Under the pieces are notes generated by a model. The model was not told the DNA's origin, made no database searches, and saw only the letters and a program-made list of their open reading frames with translations. 64,000 nucleotides of DNA from Octopus bimaculoides (Eukaryota), in the NCBI RefSeq assembly GCF_001194135.2, contig NC_069002.1, positions 14,997,559-15,061,558 on the forward strand, read 5' to 3'. Position numbers and translations under genes: made by a program. Of the stretch, positions 26,759 through 38,640 are shown one piece after another (position 1 is the first letter of the stretch; each line of letters opens with the position of its first letter).

Positions 26759-29700
26759 AAGAAGAAGAAGGAGAAGAAGAAGGAAAAGAAGAAGAAGAAG
26801 AAGGAAAAGAAGAAGAAGAAGAAGGAGAAGAAGAAGAAGGAAAAGAAGAAGAAGAAGAAGAAGAAGAAGAAGGAAGAGGAGGAGGAGAAGAAGGAAGAGG
26901 AGGAGGAGAAGAAGAAGGAGGAGGAGGAGGGGGAGAAGAAAGAAAAGAAGAAGAGTTTACTTACATCAACTTTCCCAAGTGATTTAACTGAGTCAGATAT
27001 TTGATCAATCATAATGTCTGCAAACACTTCGATTTTCCTTTGTTGTTTCTTATCAATTAAGGCATCAAGGCTTGCACTGATTGGGATCGTGATGACAGAA
27101 TGTGATAGCATCATGTCCACATGGTACTGACAGAATTTCGTCGTGTCAGAAGGCATTCCTTTCCAACCAAACAGTGCCTGACTCACATAATGGTTAGTTT
27201 GGGGACATTTGATGTCAGTCTTTACTTCTGGTAGAACCGGGTGTATATTTAACTGGCAGAACTCTTTTCTGTCTTTTGGTTCACACAGCAAACGTGGAGG
27301 GAAGTCGATTTGAACTTGAATATCAGCTGATCCTTGGCCTTCTCTGATTGTAAGTGTTTTGGTTTTAAGCTGTAACAGATCGAAAATAAGGAGAACAATG
27401 AGTAAACAAGGCAGACCCTCATCACAGGCCCTCAACTCCTGCAATGAGAAAGAGATGATCCTAACATTGGAATGATACTTTATTGGTTTTGAAATGATGA
27501 AAAGCAAAGTTGACTTGAGAAGGATTTGAACTCAGAGAGCCAGAACAGATACTGCAAGCTATTTTATTCAACACACTAATGACTCTGCCAGTAAAATACT
27601 TTTTGTTTTGGATGATTTGTACAAGGAAAGTTTATAGGAGATAGCTACCCCTGATCGAGTGGAGGCGCAATGGCCCAGTGGTTAGGGCAGCGGACTCGCG
27701 GTCATAGGATCGTGGTTTCGATTCCCAGACCAGGCGTTGTGAGTGTTTATTGAGCGAAAACACCTAAAGCTCCACGAGGCTCCAGCAGGAGATGGTGGCG
27801 ACCCCTGTTGTACCCTTTCACCACAACTTTCTCTCACTCTTACTTCTTGTTTCTGCTGTGCCTGTATTTCAAAGGGCCAGCCTTGTCACACTGTGTCATG
27901 CTGAATATCCCCGAGAACTATGTTAAGGGTACACGTGTCTGTGGAGTGCTGAGCCACTTGCACGTTAATTTCATGAGCAGGCTGTTCCGTTGATCGGATC
28001 AACTGGAACCCTCGACGTCGTAAGCGACGGAGTGCCAACAACCCCTGATTGAATTCTCCATAAAATATTGTTATACAATGTATTCAAAATATCAGCTGTT
28101 GCTTAAAAACAGAGTCAAAGCATCAAGTAATAGCTTTTTTCTTGTTGTTGTTGCCGTTTAGCCAGAGTCAGTTCTATGATCCAAGAAATTGCAGCCTTGA
28201 CATTGCAATTTTGTTAGGCATAGTGTATCTTGTACTACACAATTTAATGAACTGTTACATTAGTTAAAGTGCATGACATGCTGGTCTCTAATCAGACATT
28301 CTTAAACACTTGAATCATCTTCAGAACTGAGAGAAACCTCAAAATTGTGTTCCTTGGCAGATCCTCCATAATGACATGAATAATGTTATAGTTTTCAAAA
28401 GTTACAGCGATTACAGACATAAAACTGTAAGACATATTATTCAATTTTATTGTCTCATGTGAGAAGATATCATTTATATAGTAAAGAAAATACCAGCATT
28501 TATTTCTTTGCCTATATAATATCGATATCAAAAATGGATGAGTATATCTAATCATCAAAATTCACAACCATCTTTTCTTTTCTTTTAAGCAATAATGTAC
28601 CTACTAATAGTGTGCATAGGGCAATGTTATTCAATGTGTCCTTTCTTTTTGAAGGTGACAGGGTGTATTTTGAGGGAGATTTAGATAATATTTCTAGCAA
28701 GATGAGCAATCACATAGCGACTTGTTTGTTGGTTTGTTATATCGAAGAAAATGTAATCTGCAAATGACTCTTAGAAACAAATGTGAAATTTGTTGCGATG
28801 TGGAATTATTGTAAAAATTCAAAATTTGTGGTATGTTTGTTGACCAGTTAACATATATACAAATCGGAAGTTGTTTCTTGGAATGATTGTACACTAAAAA
28901 CTAAAAACAACTGCAAAGATCTACTTACATAAATCTGTGGTACAATTGGTATGCTGTTTATCCATTTACTGCCCGTCAGATCACACGTGGTAGACAAACA
29001 TGTGGATACTTGACAAATTAACTGTAAAGAACAATTTACGATTAGGTTAAGGACTTAATTACAAGTCGATTAGTGCAGATATTAGTGTGTGGTTAAAACG
29101 TTTGCTTTGCAAGCTTGTGGTTTTGGGTTCATTCATGCTGCATAGAACTGTAAACAAGTGTCTTTTTGCTGTTCCCTTACATAAAGCAATGCCATATTAT
29201 ACAAGGAATGTTCATAGCAGACAGGAACCTCTGTCCAAATTTCCCATAAACCATTCTGCTATTCTTTTACGCGAAGCAATGTCATATGCATGAAATTAAT
29301 AAGTGGAAACTGTACAAGATAGAGTGTGTGTGTGTATGACCAGAGGTTCTCAATCATTTTTTTAATCTCTGGACCCCTTTGATTACCATTTTATTCTGGT
29401 AGACCCCTAGAGCCTTTCAATATTTAAAAACTAGTTTTATTGAAACTTCTTTCAAAATTCCTATTTTGTTTTTCACATTTTAACCTGTATAGGTTGAGCT
29501 ATGTAAAATGTTAGGGGAAAAAAAAACTAGCTGTTTCTTGTAATATATACCAACACATACATCTGAAGCAAACTTTTTTCAGGTTCCCTTAAAATACTAT
29601 TGCAGATCTCCAATCTATTCTTTTGTTGCATGGGACCCTCAAAGGCCATATAGAACCCAGTTGAGAACCACTGCCTACAACTGTCCATTTGTGTCCAGCA

Positions 29701-32700
29701 ACTTCCCTTATGTGGTGACACACTTTACAAGCTTTAGCATAAAACAACAGCAGCAGTGTCATCGTATGTGAATGTAGTGAAAACATGCATGGCCATTGAG
29801 TAGTTCACCATGTGAAACAGCAACGACATAAATATTTTACTTGGAAAGAAGTAAGGTTTGCAACAAGAAAAGCGTCCAGCCATAAAATACTGCATCAAAA
29901 TACTGTGTCAAAGCTATATCAGTATAGAAAAAAATGGGTGAGAAAATCATGACTTGATTAGAAATAGTTAAAAGGGAGAATATTTAGGTATTACAGACAC
30001 CTGGTGATGAGTTAAACAGGTGATGACTTAAAGCTGTATAATGAGAGAGAGAGAGAGAGAGAGAGAACACAAAAGAAACTAGTGCCATGATATGAATGGT
30101 AGCAACAGACTCTACTAAAGTCATGTTAAGGCAAGGTTAAACCATGTAACAAATTCATTGTACACCCTTTCTTCATGGACTGGGTATAGATGTTAACACA
30201 ATAAAGAAAAATGAAGTTGGATAGAACATGTGATATTCATGAATGAAAATAGAGTGGTCACAGTGCAATCATTGATTATTCACTATCCAATCATAGATAT
30301 TTGACTGATCTGAGTAAGCATCTACTGTATAGCTCTTTATTTCAACGAAGAATCTAATAGTAATGACATTATTCACTAATTCAAGATCCACATCAGAACT
30401 TCACTCCACATTCCCAACTAAATTAACTCCATCTTTAGAAGAAGAAGAAGTGAAGGTGCATGGCCTTGGGGTTAGGGTGTTGCACACTCAGTTGCAAGAT
30501 TATGGTTTCTTTTCCCAGACTGTGTGATGCGTTGTGTTCTTGAGCCAAAACACTTCATTACACTTTGTCCCAGTCCATTCTGATGTAAATGAATAATCCT
30601 ACAATGGACTGGCATCACACCCAGGAGGGATGTTGTGATCTCGACCACTCATACACCATGGAGACTGGGCAACTCACTGTATGAGTCCCAGGACTTGAGG
30701 CATGACAGATTTGTTAATATGAGAGGTGAAACTAGTTTCAAATATTTACATTTACTTTACATTTCATCTTTAAACATAAGATCTGAGAAAATACAATCCC
30801 TTTAACAATGTTTCTCAGATGCTTAAGCTTTTGAAAATTAGGCCAATCTTAATTACTTTAAGTAAAATTGTGGTTGTCCTCGCATACAAGCGTGTCCCCT
30901 GCATCCCTCTCCAGCTGAGAATTCCTAATTTTGCAGGCTGATGGGTGCTGGTGCCACATAAAAGCACCCATACTGGTGCTGCATAAAGGCACCCATTACA
31001 CTCTGTAAAGTGGTTGGCATTAGGAAGGGCATCCAGCCATAGAAACCATGCCAAAACAGACATGGGGCCCGGGCAGCTCTTCAGTTGGCCAGCTCCAGTC
31101 CAACAGTCCAACCCATGCCAGAATCTAAAATGGATGTTACATGAAAATGATGATGATGATGGTGATAAAATTAGTTTCCTTACCTTGCTGCCAAACTGGA
31201 ACCGTGGAATCATGTCTTCATGTAGTTGATGTTTGTTTACATTATTTGGAAGGCGTACTTCAATGATTTCCTTAGCATCAAGCTTCCACAGTAGTATATA
31301 ACTGACATCAATTCTGTTCAGTGGTTTAAACTGACACGAAGCATTCAGGCTTTTGCTCTCTGTGTCATTATTATATTCAAAGCTGATCTCTGGTACAGTT
31401 TCAAGTTCAGGTGCCGCTAAAAACAAATAATTAACATTGAGTCAATATTAATTGATTTCTAAGAAAACGTAATTTTTTTTTTTATTACATTGTATTCTTT
31501 ATTTATTTATAAAACTAATTCTTTTTACTTAGGCATAACACCAAAGTTTGAGAGTACAAAAGTCTGTATTGGCTTCAATTATGAAGTGAATCAACATTTA
31601 TTTATAAAAAAAAAAAGAGGAATTCAGAGAAAAAGAGGAATTCAGAGGGAAAAAATAGAATAAAAGATAACGGTAGTAGCAGTGGTGGTGGTGATGTTTA
31701 TTTATTGTTTGCAATAGCTGTTGTTTGTTTGTTGGTTTGTTTGTTTGTTGGTAATCGTCGTAGTGTTGGTGTGGTAACAACAATTATTTGTGCTAAGGTG
31801 CATGTATTAAGTAATAGAGGAAAGATTGTGTTTTAAATTTTCATTCACAAAAATAGAATGTTTGTTGTCAGCTCCTTACTATTTCCTCCTCCTCCTCCTC
31901 CTCCTCTTCATCATCATCATCATCCTCATCCTCCTCCTCCCAAAACAACACCTTACAAATGTCATCACCACTACAAACTATCATGGTTCTCAGAGTATGT
32001 ATGTATGATAGTATGTATGTATATAGGTTTGTATGTATGCATCTGCATGAGTGTGTGTGTATGAGTGTGCATGTGTGTGTGTATATTTCTGTAGACATGT
32101 TTATGGTTATATATCTGTATTTGTTTTAACGTATATTGTCATTGCCACTTTTGTATCATGTTGCGGTTTTATAACATATAACGGGGTATTATACGGTACT
32201 GCAAAACAGGGTAGACACCAACTGTCTCCACTTGATGTATTCCTAAATAACCAGCCAGTCCATTTCACTAACAACAGTCAACTAAAATTCTCTGAGTTCA
32301 CTTGGAAAACTCATGCAGTTTCTATGAGTTTTGTTCATTGTAACAAATTCACTTGCTCAGTTTATTATAACTTTCTACTTTGTTTCTACCTTTAAAGTAA
32401 TATTGTGCACTGACTTAATTTTCTATTAGTTTGGGGAAAAAAAATCTTGTTTGCAAAAAAAAAAAAGAAAAAGAAAAAAAAAGGAAAATGTACAAAAATA
32501 ATCTAAAATTTTCAAAAATGTTGCTGAAAGAATTCTTACCTGTATCCAACTTTAGATATTCTCTTACTTGTTTTACAGCAGTAACAATTGTCCATGCTCC
32601 AGTTATGAAACGACCAAAAACTTTTTTCTCAAATGTTGTTCCAAAGAATATGTGAGTGGATCTTGGAGCTGCTGTTTCTTGTTCAGTAAATTTCGCTGTC

Positions 32701-33418
32701 GCAACTACCTTATGATTAATGAGAAGTGACAGACCAAATTGCTCATTCCAAGAAAATCCTGCATAGAAAAATTTTTTCATGTTTTTCACCGAAGTGAAGA
32801 CTGTCCAGTCTTTTTTACCTTTGACAATGTTGACATAAAGTTTATAATCAGAGTAGAAAATCTGTAAAAAATAGAGGAAAGGGACCATAAAAATAGTGAA
32901 CAACAACAGGTTTTTATTAAAAATGTTGCAGTAGTAACTCTTCGTAAATTGAAGTATATTTGCCACTTAAATGTGGCTGACCCCTAAGGGTGGATGTTAC
33001 TGTTGCTTTTAGCCCCAGGAGAACATCTCCTCCAGCTGGCTATTGACACACATCTGTGTCCTGTCTGTATTTGCAAAGGGAAGTCATCCTTCCCATCTTG
33101 ATCTGCGATATGTACGGACTCGAGTTTCTGGGTATTTACCCGTCCTCAGCGTACGACAATCGCTGACCTTTGATGCGAAAAATGTCCCGATGAAAATACA
33201 TATATCCTTTTTCCAGTGAAATTATTCACTGATCTCAAAAAAGGGAAAACAAGCAATGTTAAATCTGTTATACATCGTTCAGAGATTTAACAGTTCATCG
33301 TAAATTGTTTTATTTATAAAAAAAAAGAGAGAGAGAGAGAGATGTGTGTGTATGTAAATATATATGTATATATATATATATGTGTGTGTGTGTGTGCATG
33401 TGTATGTAAATATATACG

Positions 33419-33460
<42 letters not shown>

Positions 33461-34879
33461 CATGTCTTTGTATTTGTCCCCCACTGGTGTTTGTTTGTTT
33501 ATGTTCCTATAACTTAGCAATTTGACAAAAGAGACCAATAGAATGAGTATGAGGCCTAAACAAAATAAGTGCTGGGGGTTGATGGTTGATTCCTTCAACT
33601 AAAACACTTCAAATAAGAGCCCCAGCATGGCCACAGTCCAATGGCTGAAACAAGAAAGAGGTAGAAGGTAGTAATTATAAACAAAGCTAACTGCCCCCCA
33701 CCCCCACCATCCCACCATGCCCATCCCTGCACAGGTAAACTATACTATACTTCTGAGCAGTAGGATATAGCATTTTTAGTGAAGTCTGAGGTTTGAGATG
33801 TATTGGTCATGGTTAAAGGGAGTGGTAATGGTGTGTAGACTGTGGTAATGCTTTCTTGATATGTGAAATGACTGCTATGTGTGTAGCATAGCCAAGGAAA
33901 ACAACAACAACAAAAAAGAATGGGAAATATAATGCATTTACCTTGACACCTTGTCCTTTGGCAGTTTCCATACTTGTTGAAAAAATTGTAAAGCTTTTCT
34001 TCATATCAGTGATTTTCAAATCAAATGAAACTGACAGACCAAATGGACAAAAGCTGGGGTCTTGCAAACAAGTCGCGGTACCAGTTAGCAGAAGATATTG
34101 TCCATCTTGCTTAAGGTCAATGTATTTGCCTCTTCTTGGTCCTTCAACCAAGCCAGGTTTCCCAAACACCGAAATATTAACACTTGTTGTGATCAAGACG
34201 TTGTTCTCAATTTGCAAGAAAATGATAACAATTAGTTGCATTTGATTGACTGAAAAGAAATAAGAAAAGAAAGAATTAAAATAAGCAAAAATATTTAATC
34301 ACTGACTTCAATTAAATTTTACTCATTTAATTATCAGTAGGCACATGCATGATCATGTGGCAACAAAGTTTACTCTTCAACCACATGGTTTCAGGTTCAT
34401 TCTTACAGCATGGCACCATGGCCAAGTGTCTTCTAACAGAACTTTGGGTTGGCCAATACCTATAGAGAGAAATTGGTCTGCAGAAATATATACAGAAATC
34501 TTGCTCATGTATGTTATATGTGTGTGTGTGTGTGTATGTGCGTGTGTGTGTGTGTGAAGGCTTAGTGTGGCTTAGGGGTTATTCGACTCACAATGGCAAG
34601 GTCGTGAGTTCAATTCCTGGAGACACATTGTGTCCTTGAGCAAGAGATTTTATTTTACATTGTTCTAATCCACTCAGCTGGCAAAATTGAACAGTACTTG
34701 TGTTTCAAAGGGCCAGGCTTGTCACACTCTGTGTCATGCTGAAATGCCTTGAGAACTACGTCAAGGGTACTTGTGTCTGTGGAGTGCTTACTGACATGCA
34801 TGTTAATTTCACAAGAAGGCTGTTCCATTGATCAGATTAACTAGAACCCTTGCCATAACCAACAAAGTGCCAGTCATAC

Positions 34880-34912
<33 letters not shown>

Positions 34913-35125
34913 ATAATAACAACAATCCTTTCTACTATAGGCACAAGGCCTGGAATTTTGGGGAGGGGGTAAATCAATTACACTGATCCCAGTATTTAAC
35001 TGGTACTTAATTTGTTGACCCCAGAAGGATGAAAGAATGTAAACAAAACAACAGCATTTGTCAAGTGGTGAAACACACAAACACAAATTTATAATTACAT
35101 CAATGTGTGTGTGCATATGTATACA

Positions 35126-35192
<67 letters not shown>

Positions 35193-35439
35193 GTATATTC
35201 TTTTATTCTTTTACCTGTTTCAGTAATTTGACTTCGGCCATGCTTGAGCACTCCCTTTAAGGGTTTTTTTAGTTGAAGAAACCTTATTCTTTGTAAGCCT
35301 AGTACTTGTTCTATCAATCGTTTTTGCCAAATCGCTAAGTTACAGGGCATAAACACACCAACATTGGTTGTCAAGTGATGGTGGTGGTGGTGGAAAACAC
35401 AGACACAAAGACCCACATAAGTATACACACACACACACG

Positions 35440-35490
<51 letters not shown>

Positions 35491-38400
35491 GGGCTTCTTT
35501 CAGTTTCTATCAACCAAATCAGCTCACAAGACTTCGGCCATCCTGAGGTTATAGTAGAAGACACTTGCCCAAGGTACAATGCAATGGGACTGAACCGGGA
35601 ACCATGTAGCTGGGAAGCAAGCTTCTTACCACACACCAACGCCTGTGCCACACAGTCATGCCTGCATGAGACAGCCATAGCTGTACCACACAGCCATGCC
35701 TGCACAACACAGCATCGCCTTCACCACACGAATATGCCTGTTATGTTTATGTATTTGTTTTTCAAGATTCCTGATGTGAAATCTTGTGTTGAAACAAATA
35801 GTTATATTTTGGGATGGTCATATTTTTTTGCCAATTAACGAAACTCACTATATGTTTGTTCATCACTTCAGCTTTATTATTTTATCTTATTTTAGTGTTC
35901 TTTGTCCGAAATCTTTTGTCAACCCTCCTGTGACCTCTTCAGTGACTCTCCATCCCATGTGATGAAAGATTTCAGACAAAGGACACTAAAATAAGAAAAT
36001 ATTGTTCAAATGTGACCAGCTGTTGCATGCTTCATTGAACAACAATTCAATGGGAAGATGTCTTCAAAATGGAATGAAAGGCTGACAATGATAGGACAGT
36101 CTTCTGTAGACTGGCAGTGTCTCAACAGATTCTCATCCAATTCATAACAAAAGCAGATGTAGAAACCTGCTGATGGTGATGATGATGATAATGATATGGT
36201 GGTAATGATGATGACGATGATGATGATGATGACAATGGTGGTGGAGGTGATGAAGATGCTGATCGACACTGAGGATGAAACTTGAAAGGGTGGTTGATGA
36301 AATACCTTGTGGTATTTAGTTACATCCCTTTAACATTGAAACTATTAGTCTTTTTGTTGGTTTATTATCATTATTATTATCATTAAGGCACTTAGTTGAC
36401 AGAAATGTTAACGCACTGGACGCAATGCTTAGCAGTATTTCAACCCAAGTTCAAATTCTGCCAAGGATGACTTTGCCTTTCATCCTTTCGGGGTCAATAA
36501 ATTAAATACCAGTTGTGTACTGGGGTTGATATAATTGACTAGTCCCTACCCAACAAATTCGAGGCCTTGTGCCTCCATTAGAAAGAATTATTAATGTAAT
36601 CATTTTCACATATTATAATATCAAAATCTTTGCAGTTCATCATCCATACACTTAAAATTAATATTAAAAAAAAAATCAATCTAACCATGGAATTTTGACC
36701 ATGCATCAGAGGAATTTGATGATATACAAACTTCCAGAAAATTTTTCTCATTAAAGTAAAAATCTCCAACGCAATTTCCACCAATCTGGCAAATATTACT
36801 CTGCAAAATAAACAAAAATTTATGAAAAATAATTCAATTTTCAAGCTGGCAGAATCATTAGCACAATGGCCAAAATGCTTAGCAGTATTTCATCTGGTAT
36901 TACATTCTGAGTTCAAATTCTGCTGAGGTTGGTTTTTGCCTTTCATACCTTTTGGGGTGAGAAAATAAGTACCTGCAGAGCACTGGGTTCATTGGAATCG
37001 ATTTGCCTTCTCCCCTAAGACTGCTGGCCTTGTACAAAAATTTGAAACCAGTTATTTATGGTTTATTGTGTCATCTTATTCCTGTTATTCGGAGGCGCAA
37101 TGGCCCGGTGGTTAGGGCAGCGGACTCGCGGTCATAGGATCACGGTTTCGATTCCCAGACCAGGCGTTGTGAGTGTTTATTGAGCCAAAACACCTAAAAG
37201 CTCCACGAGGTTCTGGCAGGGGGTGGGTGAGTTTCGAACCCTGCTGTACTCTTTCACCACAACTTTCTCTCACTCGTTCTTCCTGTTTCTGTTGTGCCTG
37301 TAATTCAAAGGGTCAGCCTTGTCACACTGTGTCACGCTGAATATCCCCGAGAACTACGTTAAGGGTACACGTGTCTGTGGAGTGCTCAGCTACTTGCACG
37401 TTAATTTCACGAGCAGACTGTTCCGTTGATCGGATCAACTGGAACCCTCGACCTCATAAGCAACGGAGTGCCAACAACAACATTCCTGTTATTCTAAGTT
37501 GTTTCTGATTTAGACTCAAGGAATGCTCATTTTAAGAGGAAGGAGTTAACTGACACCATCAATCAACTCTATACTTGACTGACACCCAGAAGGATAAAAG
37601 CAAAACTAACTTTAGTGGGATTTGAACTCAGAATATAATGTAAAGAGCTGAAAGAAATGCAGCAAGTTAAAAATATTTCTGACACTGAGAGAAAGTTAAA
37701 GATTTTTACAAAGTATGCTGGTTGTTTTTACGTGGCACCACATGGGTGCAATTACATGGTACTGCATGGACTCTTTTACAAAAGTATTTCCAGCAGATAG
37801 AGCAACCTCGTAAGGGTTCTATGGTTAACAGGGAAATTGAAAAGTTACTTCAGCAGATATTTACCTTTTTGGAACAGGAATTTTCTGTACATATTTGGCA
37901 TGTTGAATCATACTTTGTAAAGGCCACTGTTTCACTACTTTTCAGAACTCCATTGTTGCTTATTGAAATCTCGTATTTACCTTCTTGCTGTATGGGACAT
38001 TGTACTTGTTCACTTGTTATGTACTGGCCTAGAACTTGTGAATCAGTCTACAAAACAAAAGCACTCAATCAGAAATGATATATTCCCTTTTGAGAAAAGG
38101 ACCTTCAAAAGTCCTGTGGGATTTTTTAAAATCAATACAGTGACACAAACAGTACAATTTCTTCTATATGATATCTACAATAATATATAGCCATTTATTT
38201 TTTTTTTTCACAAATTAATCATAAATGGAAGAGGAGGACAAGCAAACCTATAATGCTTTTAAGCTACACTCCTCCTCCTCCTCCTCCCCCTCCTCCTCCT
38301 ATTACTGGATACTCTTCTTGTTGCTTCTATTGCTGGATACCCTTCCCATTACTGACCACCTTACACAGAACATTGGTTGCAGTGTTGCTGCAAGAGTTGC

Positions 38401-38606
38401 ACAAGATGTGATTAAAAGATTTTGAATTCACAAACTTAACAAAAGCTAGTGGCTATTTATACATAATATGATATGAGAAATAGATGGGATAATCTGTTAC
38501 ACACACCAGCAAGCTGTTTCTGCTCAAAGTATATGTATTTACAGTTCAGAGTCAAGAGGAAATAAATTTACTTAATTCAGTACTAGCAGTGGGACTGAAC
38601 CCAGAA

Positions 38607-38640
<34 letters not shown>

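Noticed and set aside
26615-27004. 129-aa poly-Lys/Glu ORF on + strand
   Set aside because: Translation of the (GAA)n tract, antisense to exon B4 and its intron.
36006-36170. Cys-containing minus-strand ORF as an extra exon between modules A and B
   Set aside because: No counterpart between B16 and C1, no donor before its stop codon, and A16 splices in phase directly to B1a.
37091-37170. tRNA-like sequences with A and B boxes at SINE 5' ends
   Set aside because: No complete cloverleaf or acceptor stem, and they continue into SINE bodies; not tRNA genes.
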